From: a virus
Lineage: Duplodnaviria; Heunggongvirae; Uroviricota; Caudoviricetes
DNA: 64,000 bases
Virus record (IMG/VR): IMGVR_UViG_3300023184_000047
Span: 34,057-98,056 of that record
Strand: one strand, 5' to 3'
Positions 43,563 through 54,300 of this stretch are shown here, piece after piece. Position 1 is the stretch's first letter; every line of letters begins with the position of its first letter. The notes below the pieces were generated by a model. That model made no database searches, was not told the DNA's origin, and was given only the letters and a program-made list of their open reading frames with translations. The position numbers and the translations under genes were made by a program.

Positions 43563-44301
43563 AACCCTAGTTATTGAATTAACCAAATCTGGTCAACCTC
43601 GTAAACGTAAACCTAAAACATCCAATACTTACTTTACTGAAGATACTCAGAATGCTATTATAGAATATGTAGCCTCACAGAATCAGGATTTTAGAGATAA
43701 AATATATCGTGAACGGATAGAATATGGGTTTTTTAAATTGACTCAAAATATTATTCATACGTTTAAATTTTATTATACTGATGGTGAATCTGTAGAAGAT
43801 GTACAACAGGAAGTAATTGCTTTTTTACTTGAAAAATTAAAATTATATAAGCCTGAGAAAGGTAAAGCGTATTCGTATTTTGGAACTATAGCTAAACGTT
43901 ATTTAATTCTTAAGAATAAGAAAAATTATCAAAAGCTTCAAGACAAAGGTGATTTGATTGAGGTAGATGAGGATAAAACTATTAGAGAAGAAATCATAAA
44001 TGATTATTACGGTAAAGATTATAGCGTAAGTGAGTTTATGAGTTTGTATATCAAATATGTTGATAAGAATTTGAGTAAATTGTTCCCTAAAGACATTGAT
44101 GCTCAAACAGCAAACGCTATTGTTGAATTGTTTCGTAAGTGTGAGTCGTTAGATATATTTAATAAGAAGGCACTTTACATATATATTCGTGAGATAGTTG
44201 ATGTTGATACACCTCAAATTACTAAAATTATTAAGAAACTAAAAATCACGTACGTTGAATTATATAATCAATATTATTCTAGTGGATATATACGGGTATA
44301 A
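43531..44301 (+). CDS. hypothetical protein, possible sigma-factor-like late transcription regulator
   Basis: Segment QQEVIAFLLEKLKLYKPEKGKAYSYFGTIAKRYLI is weakly reminiscent of sigma region 2. Lies immediately upstream of the structural module. Confidence 0.25.
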   Translation: MTSTLMELENKTLVIELTKSGQPRKRKPKTSNTYFTEDTQNAIIEYVASQNQDFRDKIYRERIEYGFFKLTQNIIHTFKFYYTDGESVEDVQQEVIAFLLEKLKLYKPEKGKAYSYFGTIAKRYLILKNKKNYQKLQDKGDLIEVDEDKTIREEIINDYYGKDYSVSEFMSLYIKYVDKNLSKLFPKDIDAQTANAIVELFRKCESLDIFNKKALYIYIREIVDVDTPQITKIIKKLKITYVELYNQYYSSGYIRV

Positions 44302-44338
44302 AGTTTTATAACTTTTATATTTATAACCAAAAATAATT

Positions 44339-44695
44339 ATGGATTTTGATCAAGTAATGTGGGGTAATAAGAAATTTTCTGATTTGCTCAAAGACATTTA
44401 TAATAACTCAAAGGAAAAGGAAAAGCAAATTAAAGAACTGATTGAGACATTAAAACCATTGGTTACTAATTCTCAATCGGCTCTTATGATTGTTCCTTTA
44501 ATTGCCGAGCATCTTAACATAAGTGTCAAAAATGACGACCAATTAATTAAATTGGCCAGTATAGTACAACGTGCTATGAATACTTCTTCCTCAGATGAAG
44601 CGGCCCATATGATTTTAAGTGAAGCAGAAAAACAACAATTATTCTCAGCTGTAAGTGAAATCGGAGGTACTATTAACGGATCTAAAGCAGAATAA
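44339..44695 (+). CDS. hypothetical protein
   Basis: ORF. Confidence 0.4.
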   Translation: MDFDQVMWGNKKFSDLLKDIYNNSKEKEKQIKELIETLKPLVTNSQSALMIVPLIAEHLNISVKNDDQLIKLASIVQRAMNTSSSDEAAHMILSEAEKQQLFSAVSEIGGTINGSKAE

Positions 44696-44697
44696 CT

Positions 44698-45897
44698 ATG
44701 AGAATAAGAGATGGTTTATCTCCTATCACTGCTAATATAGGAAATAATAATTACCAAGTTCCTCAAGGGTATAAAGTTGGTAAGGTTTATGCTGTGATGT
44801 TAAGTCCATCTAGTGTTCCTAAAAAAATATGGGAACAAAATGGTAGTTGGAGTGGTATTGGTACTATTATTTATCAAGAATATAGAGAAGATACTGAGAT
44901 CCCCTTGGTAGATTTAACTGATGAGTTTTTAAATACACTTCCTACTGCCCTTCCCTTATATCCTAGTCAAAAATATTTTCCTTTACCTGGTGAAATAGTA
45001 TTATTGATGGATTTACCATCGGCACCATCTCCTGTAACTGATAAGACTAATGAGACATACTATTTAAGTCCTATTAATGCTTGGAATAGTCCTCAATTTA
45101 ATGGATTGTTTATAGAAGAAGATAAAAATATACTTTATAATTCATTTATTGAAGATGGAAATTTTAGAGGTTTACAAACATTTGAAGGAGATTATTTACT
45201 AGAAGGCAGATTTGGAAATTCAGTTCGTTTTGGAAGTACTAATAAATCAGGGAATGAAGATTTATCTCCATGGTCTACTAATCCTGTTGAATTACAGAGT
45301 AACCCCATTATTCTTCTCTCTAACCAGCATAACTATAAACTTCCTGGCTCAGAATTAAATGTTGAGAATATTAATTTAGATGGTTCATCTATTTACTTAA
45401 CCTCAAACCAGTCAATACCTTTAAATATTGGTAATGTTGTTTTAAGTAGTATTACTAGTCCTACTAACTTAGCTGATTATACTAAACCACAAGTTGTTAT
45501 AAATGCTGATAGAACTGTAATTTCTTCTAAATCTGATGAGATATTGATGTTTGGTAAAACAGGTATTGAATTGTATTCTCAAGGTCCTGTCTATTTACAA
45601 AGCGCTAATGTTGGGTTAACAATGCAAGATAATCAAATATATTTAGGCCCATATAATAATAATACATCAAGTCCCCAACCTTTGATTTTAGGAACTCAAC
45701 TTCAAGAATGGCTTAATGATTTAACAGTAGCTCTAAGTAATTTTGCTAGTGTTTTAGGTCCAACATTTTCTCAACCAGAAGGAACTTTACTTGAATCCGT
45801 TAATTCAGCTGCTAGTGCTCTTCAAGATTCCGTAGCTAAATTAAATGAAAAATTAATGAATGAAAGTCTAATATCTAAAGTAACATATACAATATAA
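44698..45897 (+). CDS. virion structural protein (baseplate or tail associated)
   Basis: 399-aa, Ser/Asn/Thr-rich ORF at the head of a tightly packed module with abutting stop and start codons. Confidence 0.45.
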   Translation: MRIRDGLSPITANIGNNNYQVPQGYKVGKVYAVMLSPSSVPKKIWEQNGSWSGIGTIIYQEYREDTEIPLVDLTDEFLNTLPTALPLYPSQKYFPLPGEIVLLMDLPSAPSPVTDKTNETYYLSPINAWNSPQFNGLFIEEDKNILYNSFIEDGNFRGLQTFEGDYLLEGRFGNSVRFGSTNKSGNEDLSPWSTNPVELQSNPIILLSNQHNYKLPGSELNVENINLDGSSIYLTSNQSIPLNIGNVVLSSITSPTNLADYTKPQVVINADRTVISSKSDEILMFGKTGIELYSQGPVYLQSANVGLTMQDNQIYLGPYNNNTSSPQPLILGTQLQEWLNDLTVALSNFASVLGPTFSQPEGTLLESVNSAASALQDSVAKLNEKLMNESLISKVTYTI

Positions 45898-47210
45898 TGG
45901 CCGAAACCACTACTAAAGATAAGATAAAAGCAGCTAAAAAAGCGTTAGATGAAGTTAAAAAAATTAAAGAAGATGCTCAAACACAGTATGCTAAAACTGA
46001 GGCTTCATATAATAAAGCTAAAGCTACTGTTTTATCTGTTCAATCATTAGCGGCCGGTGCTGTTGATGGTGCTACGGGAGCTATTAGTAGTCTTGCTACT
46101 ACGGTTACCGCTGCTGGTATTACCGGGGATAATAATATTAGTTCTTTGTCATCTGAAGAAAGAGCTAAGACAGTACAGAAATATAAAGATGAGGCTAAAA
46201 AATTAGAAAGAAAAGCTCAACAAGAATTAGAAAAAGCTCAAAAAGCTTTAGAAGGTGCTAAAAAACGTATTATTGTTATACAAGAACAACTTAATGTTTT
46301 ATTTACTAAACGAACATTAAAGGAAAAAGCAACAGCTAATAAAGCACTTTCTAAATCAAAAATAAAAACAGCTAATAAAAAAATAAAATCAAATAAAGCT
46401 AAATTAAAAGCTGGATTAAAAAAAGTAATTAAAGCATCAGGACCTATAGCTATTGTATTTACTTTTAGCCGAATATTGAACTCTTACGTCACCCGATTAT
46501 CTAACACAGTAGCTCAGTTAAGTACATTAGTAGATAAAACTAATGAAATAATACAAGCAGCTACAACTAAAACAGATATTCAAAAAGCAAAAGTAACACG
46601 AAATGCTGCTTTAGCTACTTTAAAAGCTGCTGAGAGTCAGGTGAATGGGTTTAAAAGAATTCTTAGGACTATGAGTAGAGTAGTTAGAACAATTACTTTA
46701 TTAATAAACATAGCAGCTGCCTTACCTACATCGCCTTACCAAATATCTCCCCTTGCAGTAAAAGCTACTCGATTAATAGCTAAATTTAATCCTGTATTAT
46801 TATCTGTAAGTATTTTGTTGCAAGTATCTCAAGCTACATTAGATAGTTTTATCTCTACTATTGCCTATGAACGTTCTAGATTACTTCCTTTAAATAATGT
46901 TTTAGAACAAGCTGATATCAAGGATTTAACCCCAGAGGAAGTACGTAATTTGTTGGTTACAAGTAATGAAGGGCTAGGACCTGTATTTGGAGAAGATGGT
47001 AATTTAGTTATATATAATGGATTTACTTTTTCTATTGTAGAAGAAGATGATCCTAAATTTATTGTTGCAGGAAATAAACGTAGATATGCTGTTGCCTTAG
47101 ATAGAAGTGGATTTGTAGTATTACAATCTACTCCATCATTTACATTAGATCCTAATGTACTTATTGAAGAATTAAAATTAGAAATTAATAAACGAAATCT
47201 TGAAGCTTAA
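45897..47210 (+). CDS. virion structural protein with coiled-coil N-terminal half and hydrophobic core
   Basis: Lys and Ala-rich heptads (KAAKKALDEVKKIKEDAQ...) followed by a hydrophobic stretch. Confidence 0.4.
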   Translation: MAETTTKDKIKAAKKALDEVKKIKEDAQTQYAKTEASYNKAKATVLSVQSLAAGAVDGATGAISSLATTVTAAGITGDNNISSLSSEERAKTVQKYKDEAKKLERKAQQELEKAQKALEGAKKRIIVIQEQLNVLFTKRTLKEKATANKALSKSKIKTANKKIKSNKAKLKAGLKKVIKASGPIAIVFTFSRILNSYVTRLSNTVAQLSTLVDKTNEIIQAATTKTDIQKAKVTRNAALATLKAAESQVNGFKRILRTMSRVVRTITLLINIAAALPTSPYQISPLAVKATRLIAKFNPVLLSVSILLQVSQATLDSFISTIAYERSRLLPLNNVLEQADIKDLTPEEVRNLLVTSNEGLGPVFGEDGNLVIYNGFTFSIVEEDDPKFIVAGNKRRYAVALDRSGFVVLQSTPSFTLDPNVLIEELKLEINKRNLEA

Positions 47211-47221
47211 TATTTATAGAC

Positions 47222-47596
47222 ATGAAAACAAATGAATTAAAAACCCTTATTAAAGAAGCCGTAAGAGAAGTTCTTAAGGAAGAATTAGCAGAATTAGGTA
47301 AACAAAAAATTAATGAATCCTTATCAATAGGATCTCCTTATCATCAACCTAAATCTAACTCAAATCCTGAGGCTTGGCCTACTATGAACTTTAACTCTAG
47401 TAACATTAATCCGGCTGTTAGTAAAGAAACATTACGACAAACCCTAATGGGTCAAATGGGTATTGAAGCTCCCCCAGCAGCTCCTCCTACAACATTTGCT
47501 GAAAAACAAAGTGTATATTCGGATCTATTGGCGCAAGTAGCAAGCGATATGAGAAATAACCCAGCTGAAATAAATAATTTTAGAAGTATTCAATAA
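47222..47596 (+). CDS. hypothetical structural-module protein
   Basis: ORF. Confidence 0.4.
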   Translation: MKTNELKTLIKEAVREVLKEELAELGKQKINESLSIGSPYHQPKSNSNPEAWPTMNFNSSNINPAVSKETLRQTLMGQMGIEAPPAAPPTTFAEKQSVYSDLLAQVASDMRNNPAEINNFRSIQ

Positions 47597-48006
47597 TGGC
47601 TTATATAAGAAGTAATAGAGTTGATCCGAGAGATTTTCAAATTAATACTGCTATAGGAGTTGCTTTGCCTTTTAATGCTCCTGGGGTTTTTAACAGTGTG
47701 TATTCTACTCAAGATCAAATCAAATACAATCTTATAAATTTAGTATTAACATCTAAAGGGGAAAGAGTTGAAAATCCTAATTTTGGTACAATTTTAAAAC
47801 AACAATTATTTGAACCTATTTCTGAACAAACAATTCCTCTTATTAGAAGTAGTATAACTAATGCTGTTGCTCAATACTTACCTGAAATTGCTATAGATGC
47901 TATTGATATAGTACCTTATGCTGATGAGAATACGTTAGTAGTAACGATAAAATATAGGATTTTACTTTCTGCTCAACCTGATAGTGTAATAATTAACTTA
48001 GTATAA
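47596..48006 (+). CDS. baseplate wedge protein, gp25/GPW-like
   Basis: 136 aa. Motif INLVLTSKGERVENPNFG is characteristic of gp25/GPW lysozyme-like baseplate proteins. Followed by the J-like gene. Confidence 0.55.
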   Translation: MAYIRSNRVDPRDFQINTAIGVALPFNAPGVFNSVYSTQDQIKYNLINLVLTSKGERVENPNFGTILKQQLFEPISEQTIPLIRSSITNAVAQYLPEIAIDAIDIVPYADENTLVVTIKYRILLSAQPDSVIINLV

Positions 48007-49817
48007 TGACTCAAAATAAAAACATATCTTATCTAAATAAGAATTTTCTTCAATATAAAGCATCTCTTATTGAGTTTGCTAAAAATTATTTTCCAAACAC
48101 GTACACTGACTTCTCAGAAGCTTCACCTGGTACGATGTTTATTGAAATGTCTTCATATGTTGGAGATGTTTTGTCATTCTATACAGATACTCAAATACAA
48201 GAAAATTTTGTATTAACGGCTAAGGAAAAAGAAAATTTATTAAATATGGCATATTCTTTAGGATATCGTCCTAAATCGTCATATGCCTCTGTTACTACTG
48301 TTGATTTTTATCAAAGAGTTCCTATATTGAATGGTGCCCCTAATCTAGATTATGCATTAATAATCCCAGAAAATACTCAGTTACAATCTAATTCAACTCA
48401 AACTAACTTTTTAACTATTAAAAAGGTTGATTTTACAGACACTGGTTCTGTAAGTATTAGCTTGTATGATGGTAATAATTACTTATTTAAAAAATCAGTA
48501 CCAGCTATTTCAGCTACTCTACAAAGCACTGATTTTAGTTTTGGGGCCCCAATAAAATTCAACTCAGTTGAAATAAATGATCCTAATTTCCTTCAAATAC
48601 TTCAAGTTACAGGAAGTGATAGTAGTCAGTGGTATGAAGTACCTTATTTAGCTCAATCTAATGTTATAAATAAAACTACCAATACTGGCCCTTCGGCTAA
48701 TCAAGTACCTTATCTTTTAAGTTATTTAGAAACTCCTGATAGGTTTGTATCTAGAATTAGAACAGATGATGTGATAGAATTACAATTTGGTTCTGGTATG
48801 TATGTAAATACACCAGATAATGTAATTATACCTACGCCCGATAATATTCAATTAGGTCTAGTACCATCTGTTGATACTTCTGATTTGGTTAATGACTATA
48901 ATCAAGCAGCTGTATTTTACACAAAACAATATGGTACAGTACCTTCAAATATAACTTTAAATGTTCAATATCTTTCAGGTGGAGGAGTTGGTGCTAATGT
49001 ATCTGCTAATGACATTACTATAATTGCTTCTAATGCTGGTATAAATGCTAGTAACCCAGCATATACTAATGCTTCTTTAGCGACTTTACTGGTGAATAAC
49101 GCGATACCTGCTACAGGTGGTAGAGGTGGCGATACAGTAGAAGAAATACGTTTAAACACGCTAAATGCATTTTCAGCACAATTGAGATCGGTAACTAAAG
49201 ATGATTATATGAATCGTGCTTTAAGTATGCCCTCAGATTTTGGTACCATAGCTAAAGTATATGTTGAACAAGCTACTGCATTATCTGTAAATACAGGTAA
49301 TGATCCTTTGATTGATAATAACCCATTAGCATTATCTATGTATGTGTTAGCCTATAATGATAGTAAAAAATTGGTTAACGCAACTACTGATTTAAAAACC
49401 AATTTAAAAGGGTATTTAGAACCATTTAGAATGGTTACAGATGCTATTATTATTAAGGATGCTTATTACATTAATCTAGGTTTAAGTTTTGATATAACAA
49501 TTATACCAGGATTAAGTAATAATCAAATATTAACAGATTGTATAGCTGCTCTTACTAATTATTTTAATATAGATAAATGGCAGATTAATCAACCTATTAT
49601 ACTTTCTGATGTTAATTCTATTTTATTACAAATAAAAGGGGTACAATCAGTAGTAAAAATTGGGTTTACAAATAAATCAGGAGGTAATTATTCTCCATAT
49701 AGTTATGATGTTGATGGTGCTTTTAGAAGTGGAATTTTATATCCTTCTTTAGACCCGGCGGTATTTGAAATAAGATACCCTGATTTAGATATACAAGGTA
49801 GAGTTGTAACTTTTTAA
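48006..49817 (+). CDS. baseplate J-like / gp6-like protein
   Basis: 603-aa ORF immediately after the gp25-like gene, which is the canonical W-J order. Confidence 0.4.
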   Translation: MTQNKNISYLNKNFLQYKASLIEFAKNYFPNTYTDFSEASPGTMFIEMSSYVGDVLSFYTDTQIQENFVLTAKEKENLLNMAYSLGYRPKSSYASVTTVDFYQRVPILNGAPNLDYALIIPENTQLQSNSTQTNFLTIKKVDFTDTGSVSISLYDGNNYLFKKSVPAISATLQSTDFSFGAPIKFNSVEINDPNFLQILQVTGSDSSQWYEVPYLAQSNVINKTTNTGPSANQVPYLLSYLETPDRFVSRIRTDDVIELQFGSGMYVNTPDNVIIPTPDNIQLGLVPSVDTSDLVNDYNQAAVFYTKQYGTVPSNITLNVQYLSGGGVGANVSANDITIIASNAGINASNPAYTNASLATLLVNNAIPATGGRGGDTVEEIRLNTLNAFSAQLRSVTKDDYMNRALSMPSDFGTIAKVYVEQATALSVNTGNDPLIDNNPLALSMYVLAYNDSKKLVNATTDLKTNLKGYLEPFRMVTDAIIIKDAYYINLGLSFDITIIPGLSNNQILTDCIAALTNYFNIDKWQINQPIILSDVNSILLQIKGVQSVVKIGFTNKSGGNYSPYSYDVDGAFRSGILYPSLDPAVFEIRYPDLDIQGRVVTF

Positions 49818-49850
49818 TAACTCTATATTTATAGTAAATAAATAATATAA

Positions 49851-50987
49851 ATGGCCATTTATAAAATCTTTCCCGAAAAGGATACAACTATTTACTCTGA
49901 ATTTCCCGATATCAATACGGGATTAGATTCTATATTAGAGATAAAAAATGTTAATTCTACTTTATCTAGTAATGCTCAAGTAGCTAGAACATTAATTCAA
50001 TTTCCCTCTGATAAGATGTTAGAGGTTTCTGATTTAATTTACAATACAAATACCTTACCTGTTGAGGGGCCTGTGCCTCCTTCATCTATTATTGGGATGT
50101 ATAGTGCTTCTTTAAAGTTATTTTTAGCAGATGCTACTAATCTTCCTGATGATTATACTTTATATTGTTATGCTACTTCACAATCATGGCAAGCAGGTAC
50201 AGGAAAATATTTATATGATCCTGCTTATACACAAGATTGTAATTGGTATAATAGAAATAATAGTGAAGCATGGCCTACTTCTAGTTTCTTTACTGATACT
50301 ACAGCCTCATTTAATTCAGATACCCCTGGAGGTGGTGTTTGGTGGACTACATATTTGGGGTCTCAATCGTTTGTAATAAACACTACTAAAGATACCAATA
50401 TTAATGTTACATATATTGTAGAAACATTTAATACCCCTGGTTTTTTAGAGAATAATGGATTTATATTAAAATTTAATGATCAATATGAATTTAATACTTC
50501 ATCATCTTATTCATTAAAATTCTTTTCTAAAGATACTCACACGATATATCTTCCACAACTTGAATTTGGTTGGGATGATAGTGTATATATTACTGGGTCT
50601 TTAACTGTATTAGATGATCAAAACATAGCGGTTACATTAGGTAATAATGCAGGTTTTTATAGCGTAAACGATGTATGCCAATTCAGAGTAAATGCACGGC
50701 CTATTTATCCTCCAAGACAATTTACTACAGTATCTGTATTTACTTTAAATAGTGCTTTACCTTCATCTTCTTATTATGCTATCCAAGATTTAGACACAGA
50801 AGAATATGTTGTGAATTTTAGTGAAGAACATACCAAAATAAGTTGTGATACCGCAGGGAACTTTTTTACGTTGTATACAGCTGGATTCCAGCCTGAGAGA
50901 TATTACAAAGTATTAATTAAATCTGCATTTAGTAATGGCTCATCTATTATATATGATAACGATTATATTTTTAAAATAAACAAATAA
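49851..50987 (+). CDS. virion structural protein
   Basis: 378-aa ORF in the structural module. Confidence 0.4.
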   Translation: MAIYKIFPEKDTTIYSEFPDINTGLDSILEIKNVNSTLSSNAQVARTLIQFPSDKMLEVSDLIYNTNTLPVEGPVPPSSIIGMYSASLKLFLADATNLPDDYTLYCYATSQSWQAGTGKYLYDPAYTQDCNWYNRNNSEAWPTSSFFTDTTASFNSDTPGGGVWWTTYLGSQSFVINTTKDTNINVTYIVETFNTPGFLENNGFILKFNDQYEFNTSSSYSLKFFSKDTHTIYLPQLEFGWDDSVYITGSLTVLDDQNIAVTLGNNAGFYSVNDVCQFRVNARPIYPPRQFTTVSVFTLNSALPSSSYYAIQDLDTEEYVVNFSEEHTKISCDTAGNFFTLYTAGFQPERYYKVLIKSAFSNGSSIIYDNDYIFKINK

Positions 50988-51337
50988 TGTCAGAAATAAT
51001 TCCTGTTCAAAATTTAATTTATAATAAAGGCACATTTACTAAAGTTATTAATACTCAATTTAGTGAATTAACCTCACCTCCTCCTATCATTCCTGAGACT
51101 ACAGTAGAGGCTTTTTTTGAGTTATATGATGAATTATTTTCTATTATACCTACTGAAGGTGATATAAATTCACATAGAGCTATTTTATTAAGAGAAGCTG
51201 AATATTTGAATGTACAATTATCAGATGATGTAGAGGTACAGGCCTTATTACAAGAAATTACAGATTTAAGACAGCAATTGTTAGAAGCTGAGGTAAATGC
51301 TACTACAGATTTAGCTCAAAATAATTTAAACGTATAA
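50987..51337 (+). CDS. hypothetical structural-module protein
   Basis: ORF. Confidence 0.35.
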   Translation: MSEIIPVQNLIYNKGTFTKVINTQFSELTSPPPIIPETTVEAFFELYDELFSIIPTEGDINSHRAILLREAEYLNVQLSDDVEVQALLQEITDLRQQLLEAEVNATTDLAQNNLNV

Positions 51338-51355
51338 TAAAACAAATAACTGTTA

Positions 51356-54300
51356 ATGACAGATAACATAAAAATAGTAGGACAAGTTCTAGATACAAGC
51401 CGAGTAAATCGTTACGATATACAGGATGAACAATTACTTCTTCCTATTGTACAACAAGAAACATTTGGAAAACTAGAAGACTATGTTGAATATTTTGTAT
51501 TTGATTTAGGCGGAAACGTATTAAATTCAGATTATAACTATACTTCATATAAATTACCTTCAAATTACGGTTATTCCCAAAGTTATCTTCCTACTTTAGA
51601 AATAGATCCTATTCAAGATATTGAAAATTTAGGATACGAATCTGGTGAAGTTACTTCTAGATACAATTTCTTTAGAAAAGTATCTGGAGAACCTTTTAGT
51701 ACTCAACTTTTTATATCTCAAATATCATCAGATAGAACCGAATTAAAAATAGGTTCCACTGAGTTAAATGATATTACTTTGATAGATATTGCTAGTAATT
51801 TTGCTGACAGGCAATTAGCTGTTCCTTATTATTACTATGTTATACTTAATTTTGGTAATAATAATCAAGTAGTAGCTGTTAATATATTAAGTGAAGTAAA
51901 TGCTAATGGGGACGCGAGTTTATTATTGAAACTTTACGAACCACTTCCTGCTAATATTTCTTTAAAAGATACATTTTGGATTGTAGAAGAGATAATTAAT
52001 CCTTATATTTATGACCTTAGTTTAAATAAATTAATTACTCCTTTACCTCAACCATATTTAAAGGGACCTAACTTTGGCATTGATTTAGAGTTTAAAAATG
52101 TAGTACCTACCCAATATAGCAATTTAACTCAATTAGTTACTTCATTTACTGGGTCTTCATACCAAGCTACTTTAAATTCACTTACTAATCAAGAAGTAAA
52201 TATAAATATAGATTACAGTTTACTTAATGATTTTGTTCATTACAGCTCTGCTGAAAATAGGGTGAATAATTTTATCTATAAGATTGGAGAAATTGAAGGA
52301 TACCAATATGAAATAAAAACATTTTCTCCATTAACAGCAAGTAATGCATCTTTAATAAATCAAGTAAATAAAGCAAGTTCAAGTTTAAACGCTACTATTG
52401 CTGGATTTGATGGGTTTGAGTCGTACTTATACTATACTTCTAGTTCATTAACCTCTTCTATAGTACAATATAATTTAGAAACGGGTTCATATTTAGCATA
52501 CAACATTGCACCTTATCCTAAATCTAATAGTACTAAACCATATGTTTTATATACTTCATCATCTACTACTGTTACAAATTGGTATAATGATACTATTGAA
52601 GTAGCTACTGCTTATGATATAGAAAATAAAGACATATTAATTAATACTATACCCTCCTACATAACGGAAGACCCAGATAATTATTTACCATATATTGTAT
52701 TTGTTAATATGATAGGTCAATATTTTGATAATATTTGGGTTTATATTGATAAAATAACAGATGTATGGGATAATAATAATAATATAAACGAAGGTATATC
52801 TCAAGATTTAGTATACGATTGGTTAAGATCATTTGGAATGAAGTTATATAATTCCCAAGGTGATCAAAACGTATTAAACTATAATGTAGGTGGATTTAGT
52901 GGTAGTGTTGATTTTAATGGTAATTATTCACCATCAAGTAGTTTTTTAAATAATATCCCTAGAAAAGAATTAGTACTAGATACTTATAAAAGACTTTATC
53001 ACAATTTACCTTACTTATTTAAAGGAAAAGGTGCTCATGGTGGTTTACAAGGATTAATTACACTATTTGGTATTACGGGTTCAATTCTTCCTATTAAAGA
53101 ATACGGTGGTACAAATGACTACCAAGACTTAACAGGATATTCTTTAGATAAAATATCATTAGGTTCAAATAATCTTACAGGAAGTATATTATCTCCTATA
53201 AAACGATTTGAAACACCTACAACATCATCTAGAGAAGTTAGAAGTCAAGATCTACATTTTATTGATGTATCTTTTTCTCCTCAGACCCAGATTGATAGTG
53301 AAGTATCAGCTTCTATTACAGCTGTAAATCCTAACTGGGTTATTGACAATTATATTGGTTACCCAGAGGCACTTTATTTAGATACATATCCTTCATTATC
53401 TTATCAACGAGATTATTGGTTTGGACAGACATTTACACACCCAAATGCTGGATTTGATTATGGTGGTTTTATTAGATTAATACAATTTTTTGACAATTCA
53501 TTGTTTAAAATGGTTAAAGATTTTACTCCGGCTAGAGGGAATACCTGGACTGGAGTATCTATCAAATCACCAGTATTAGAAAGACCTAAAGTACCTGAGG
53601 CCCGACCTGTATTTACTAACTTTCCTGATTTAGAAGGGGAAGTTACAGGGGCTGCTCTTATCCCAGTATATGATCCTTATTACTTTAAATTAGCAGGAGA
53701 TAGAGAACCTTATTATACAGGTAATATTACTGGTTCATTTATTGATACTTATGCTTATTTTGAAGAAACTAATAGGAACCCATATTTAGTAAATAATACA
53801 GTTGGGTATGTACCACCAGGATTTGTTAGTGGCAATACTGATTTTATTTTAGATTATACTGCACCAGCATATGAAAATTTCTTTGTTAATTCTGATTTTA
53901 ATGCATTACAAAATAATGAATTTGTAAGTTTAACTTCTCAATATAGAAAGAAATTGGTTCCTATATTATCCACAGATTCTTTAGGAAGAGTGTTTACATC
54001 ATATTCAACAACAGCATCGGTTCAACTTCAAGATTCATACTTAAGTGATACAGCATATGTTAATTCAAGATATAATGGTGTTCAACTTTATGGAAGATTT
54101 ATTAATACTTGGGTAACTGGAGATAATTCATATGGACAAACCCCAGTAATTAATCTTAATACTAAAAAAATTGCGTTATTTACAGAAGTAGTAAAAAGTA
54201 TATTACCTTACAAGTCAGATGTTAAACTAAAATATCTAGTTGATGGGTCAGGTAGTTTTACCGAATTGAATCAAAGAAATAGAAATTGGCATGAAGTACA

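Noticed and set aside
50131-50376. + strand 81-aa ORF in an alternative frame inside 49851..50987
   Set aside because: Fully nested in a longer structural gene. Hydrophobic low-complexity sequence from AT-rich codons.
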